NCBI RefSeq assembly: GCF_964188315.1
Contig: NC_135668.1
Span: 41,416,001 to 41,480,000, forward strand
Source: Podarcis muralis
Lineage: Eukaryota
Reading direction: 5' to 3'
DNA: 64,000 nt
A program made the position numbers and the translations under genes. The notes beneath the pieces were generated by a model. That model ran no database searches. It was not told the origin of the DNA and saw only the letters and a program-made list of their open reading frames with translations. Positions within the stretch are counted from its first letter, which is position 1; every line of letters begins with the position of its first letter. Below, piece after piece: positions 59,861 through 64,000 of this stretch.

Positions 59861-60507
59861 CTTTAAAGAAATTATTTTGAACAAAACTCTTGATATTATG
59901 GTCTCGCCTCCACTTTAGAAACTGCACATGAGCAACCATTATCATCTCGACCTCCCGCCACCCAGTTCAAAATTTGATGCCATTTTAATGTCCCGTTCAT
60001 ATATGTAAAATATATATTTCTTTGATTCTCTACTATAACTATTCACTGTTAGGGTGATCAACAAATCCAAGAATGAGAAGATCATATATATTTTAATGGA
60101 CTAAAACTTGCATTAATTTGCAGTTGACATGTGTTCTGAATGACCAGATATTATGAAGAATTTACCATTAGCTGCAAATCTGTGTCCTATTCAGCAAATC
60201 ACCATTTCCAGCAAAGAGGTTCTTCAGCTGTCTCAAAACTTTCAGTTAGATGGCAACATCTTTATATATATTTACACCCCAAGAATCCATGACAGCCAGT
60301 TGTTTAAAGGCTACAGCTCTGTTTTTAGTCTACTATCAATGTGCATGGTGCTGTAGAGAGTAACATAAGGGGGGCGGGAACAGGAGGAAAAGATAGGTTC
60401 CTGCCTCAATGACCTTGCAGTCTAAACATAATTATACAAGCAAAGGTATCAAACAGAAAAAAGAGACAACCGAGCCTTTAGTATACACAGATATTGTTGC
60501 TCTAGGT

Positions 60508-60641
60508 CAGGCATAGGCAAATGGTCCTCCAGATGTTTTGGGACTACAACTCTCATCATCCCTAGCTAAAAGGACCGGTGGTCAGGGATGATGGGAATTG
60601 TAGTCCCAAAACATCTGGAGGGCCGAGTTTGACTATGCCTG
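60508..60641. mobile_element. Short palindromic hAT-Charlie MITE in ARL6IP1 intron 3
   Basis: caggcatag/ctatgcctg TIRs, perfect TSD CTCTAGGT. Confidence 0.9.
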
Positions 60642-60791
60642 CTCTAGGTAGTAGAACAACACTAGTTATGTCAGAACACTAGGTAGAAGAATTTTTGTTC
60701 AGGACTGATGCACATAGTTAACACTGAATATATGTTGGTTCAATTCTATTCTTGCTAAATTTTATACTTAAGGGACTGTCAAACAACATAC

Positions 60792-60911
60792 CATTTACTG
60801 GAGCCAAAAATTCTAGGAGCAAGAGCAGGTACAAGGTAGTCAGCCAAACAAAGCAGCATAACAAAGCAAGAAACACCTGAAAGAACAGATGGGTCCAAGT
60901 AGTAGATCATC
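60792..60911 (-). CDS. ARL6IP1: ARL6IP1 exon 3
   Basis: caacag|MIYYLDPSVLSGVSCFVMLLCLADYLVPALAPRIFGSSKW|gtatgt; 120 nt. Confidence 0.96.
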
Positions 60912-61396
60912 CTGTTGGGGCAAGAAAAATGTTGTTATCTAGCGGCAAAACATTTAACAATGTGATTAAAGGAGGTGTGGAGAAGCAGCAGCCTCCAAAT
61001 TTTATTTTGAAGTACCCAACTCCCATCAGCCCCAGCCAACATAGCCAGTGGTTGAGAAATAACGCCTCAATTTAGTTTCTGCAATGGCATAATCACAACA
61101 ATGGGAGAGTAGGTTGGAAGGAGAGAGAAAATGGAAGTTTGGAAGGAATAAAAAGTTGTTGCTCTTCCCTATCATTTCCAGTTAATAGGCCCTTCTATGA
61201 AATAAAATGAATAGGAATGCCCCCAAGTTTGAACATATATTTGGTTTGTTTATAGCAGCATTGTTTTTCCAGCTGCATAAAACTTCCCATGTACTTTTTA
61301 TACAGCAGAGCAGTACTGAGAATTTCAGGAAAGTAACTACTAGCTTAACTGTCTTTAGCATTATTATTTTTTGTAACTTTCTCTCCAATAACTTAC

Positions 61397-61530
61397 AGAA
61401 AGATGAAGGAAACTACAGCAATCATAGCAGGTGGAAACCATGGTTTTTCCCAACGAAGGATTTTGTCTGTCACCAGAATCACTTCACCCCATCCTTGCAA
61501 CTGCTCTTCCAAGCTAGCTGTCTCTGCAGC
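61397..61530 (-). CDS. ARL6IP1: ARL6IP1 exon 2 (exon 1 beyond window)
   Basis: cacag|AAETASLEEQLQGWGEVILVTDKILRWEKPWFPPAMIAVVSFIFL|gtaagt; 134 nt. Confidence 0.96.
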
Positions 61531-63873
61531 CTGTGAATAAAAGCATTTTAACATATGCAATTGCCCCAGGCAGAAAAATGCTTACACAATGCATATGCTT
61601 CATTGGACATGTAGGCTATCTTATGTTAGACAATATAACAGCTTTATCCTTACTTTGCTTTACAGAATATAACTCAGTTTTTTATGTCTGCATCCTCTTA
61701 ACTGGTCCTTTTAATTTGAAGCTTTATGTCTATCATGCAACAAAATATCTGGTTACTCCCAACTAGGAGAACAGTGCCATATTCCTAGGATATATTTCTA
61801 CATACTGAAACTTCAACCCAGAATTCCCATGAGCAGAACAGGATGCTCTGGCTAGAGCAAAAGGGTTGTGGATGCAATTTACACCAATTCTTCCTTCCTC
61901 CTGCAGCGAATGAAAAGCTGCTCTAGAGGTTTGGGGATTCCTTAAGGTCAGAGGGGAAAGGGGAAATTGACAGAAATTGTCTTTCCCACATTCCTCAAGC
62001 AGGACCCTCTTCTAGAACCACAATGTTAACTCTAGATCCAGTAGTTAGGATTTTTCATAACAAAGAGCTATTCTACCTGCCATTTATTGTTATGGCACCA
62101 TTCTGTGAAAACTGCTCCAGGACCTTATTTTGAGACTTGTTCTGATTCCAGCTTGGATATTAGGATAAAATTTATCTGGCTTATGGAGAACCCAAATCTT
62201 ATGATCTTGAACTTGGGCAGCATGAGAAAGTAACTCAATATAAACAAAATATTTAATGTCTTTTTTTTGCAAGCAATATATATTTGAAATTAAACTGTTT
62301 TTACATTATTTATTATCCTAACAGTGTTAAATGTTATGCAAGGTTCTGTGTGCAAAACTGAATTTACCAAAATTTTAATTAACTCTGAATAACTGTTACT
62401 TTGGACATCCTACACAGCTGTGTTTTGTACTGGCTGCTGTCTCAGCCCAGGACCATAAACTGAAGATTTGTGAATAGTACGTAGGTGAAACTTTCATAAT
62501 GAACCATGAAGGGGGTGGGGGGGGAGAGAGAGACCTGCCACTGAGGTCTACACACTGTATAAAACTCCTCCTAGTCTAGCATGTTTAATGCTTCCTTATT
62601 TTGAATTCTAATTTCTGTTCTTCAATTTCTGTCCATTTCCTAACATGGCCTTCTAGATCAGCAAGATATAGCGAGTTCTAGCCAATAAATTTTGTTTCTA
62701 AACATTTCTCTCTTCCCTTGAAGCTTAGATCTGTGAATATTCCATCGCGCACACACAAACCCTTAACTCATGTCTTTGAAATGATTCAGTCACAAGACAA
62801 ACTAAACTGTTGTTCTGCCTGGGTTAAAATCTCTCCTTCCCATCAAGTTCACTCAAGTTATATTGGGCCATCTATGCGCACACAGCCTCAGTGGCTGCAT
62901 AGGGCCATTATAAAACAGGGGGAGACTCAAGTGCACTGTCTTCAACTCAAAAAGCAGGGTATACTAAGCATATGACATAGTGAAAAATGTAGCAGATAAC
63001 ACTGTGGATACAAATGATCTGCATTTCAAACTCAAAGAAAAGGCACACACAGTATCTGCGCTCCTCTGTTCATCAACCATAATGCTCAGTGCTGTGCACC
63101 TGACTTTCAACCACCTATCCCTGAAGCGCTGCAGCTCCTTTGACAGCCTAAACAAAGCACCCTGCTTATTTCTGCTCCTATTAGCATAAGCAGGCTGGCC
63201 AGGTGTGTCTCTAATACTACAAAGGAAGATGACATAGCAGAGTCCTACTGGAGAAACCGGAAAATGAAACCTGATCTTTTTCAAGATGGCTTGCCTAGAA
63301 TATTTTTTAATGTATTATTTGGTGGGAAGAAAAGCCTCCATCCCTACCCATTTATAAGGAGGCTATTTTGCCTTTCAGCTCTCCAATTCTGATCCCATGT
63401 TCCTACAAAACACTACTGCTGCCTCTGCCAGCTTCTAAAACCTTGTGCATCAGCAAAATATAATGGGTTCTCTCCTGATTTTGGATCCTTCCACAGCTCT
63501 CAAAAGGCGAAATTTGAGGTGACATATTTACCTTGGAATAAACCCAATTTACTCAGGCCTTCATTCTGAGTAAACATGACTAGACCATGGGGTGTTATTT
63601 AAGTTCCAGAAGGACAGTTTCATACAGCCAACACACAAACAACCTTGGGGCACCTTTAAGGCTTATGGTGGCAGAAGCTTCACAGGCTAAAACCCCATTA
63701 ATCAAACGCACAAAATGTTATTATCCATCCGTATGTGTGTGTATATATAAACACACACACACTTATCTATTTACACACAGGTGAGTGTTAATACAAATAT
63801 GCACATACTGATAGGTAACAACGTGTGTGTGAAAGAAGACATTCATACACACACCATCAAACAACCACTTCGT

Positions 63874-63933
63874 GCATCCGACGAAGCAGCCTTCAGTCCA
63901 CAAAAGCTTCTGCCATCAAAAATCTGCGGGTCT
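63874..63933 (+). mobile_element. Degenerate Penelope-like hammerhead relic
   Basis: gcat-ccgacga-a-...ccac-aaaa-gctt-ctgc resembles a decayed PLE hammerhead. Confidence 0.35.
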
Positions 63934-64000
63934 TAGAATCGCAGAATTGTGGCGTCGGAAGGGGCCCGAGGGTCATCCAGCCCAACCCCCTGCATTGCAG
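63934..64000 (-). mobile_element. CR1 3' end (runs off window)
   Basis: Same sequence type as 21140-21290. Confidence 0.65.

Overview
Vertebrate nuclear DNA, almost certainly from a squamate and probably a lacertid lizard (inferred from Sauria/Squam1-type SINEs, a BovB LINE and squamate-type MITEs). Three conserved genes are supported by exon-by-exon reconstruction with GT-AG sites: the last two coding exons and long 3'UTR of XYLT1 (+), the complete five-exon RPS15A gene (-) with its TCT/TOP CpG-island promoter, and exons 2-6 of ARL6IP1 (-; exon 1 is beyond the window). The ~35 kb between XYLT1 and RPS15A is repeat-rich (L2, CR1, BovB, SINEs, hAT and Tc1/mariner MITEs, LTR-like pieces), contains a 130-N gap and has no recognisable gene. 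The most interesting structure is a pair of nearly identical short Penelope-like insertions bracketing RPS15A. Each has a target-site duplication, forms an 81-88 bp perfect palindrome and carries one intact minimal hammerhead-ribozyme motif; they share fixed breakpoints, and one lies ~190 bp upstream of the RPS15A TSS. Also notable: a hAT MITE family carrying CTCF-like motifs, a young hairpin-forming hAT MITE in the XYLT1 3'UTR, and several orphan promoter-like CpG patches. No CRISPR, rRNA or genuine tRNA genes. Repeat-family names come from sequence recognition, not a database search.
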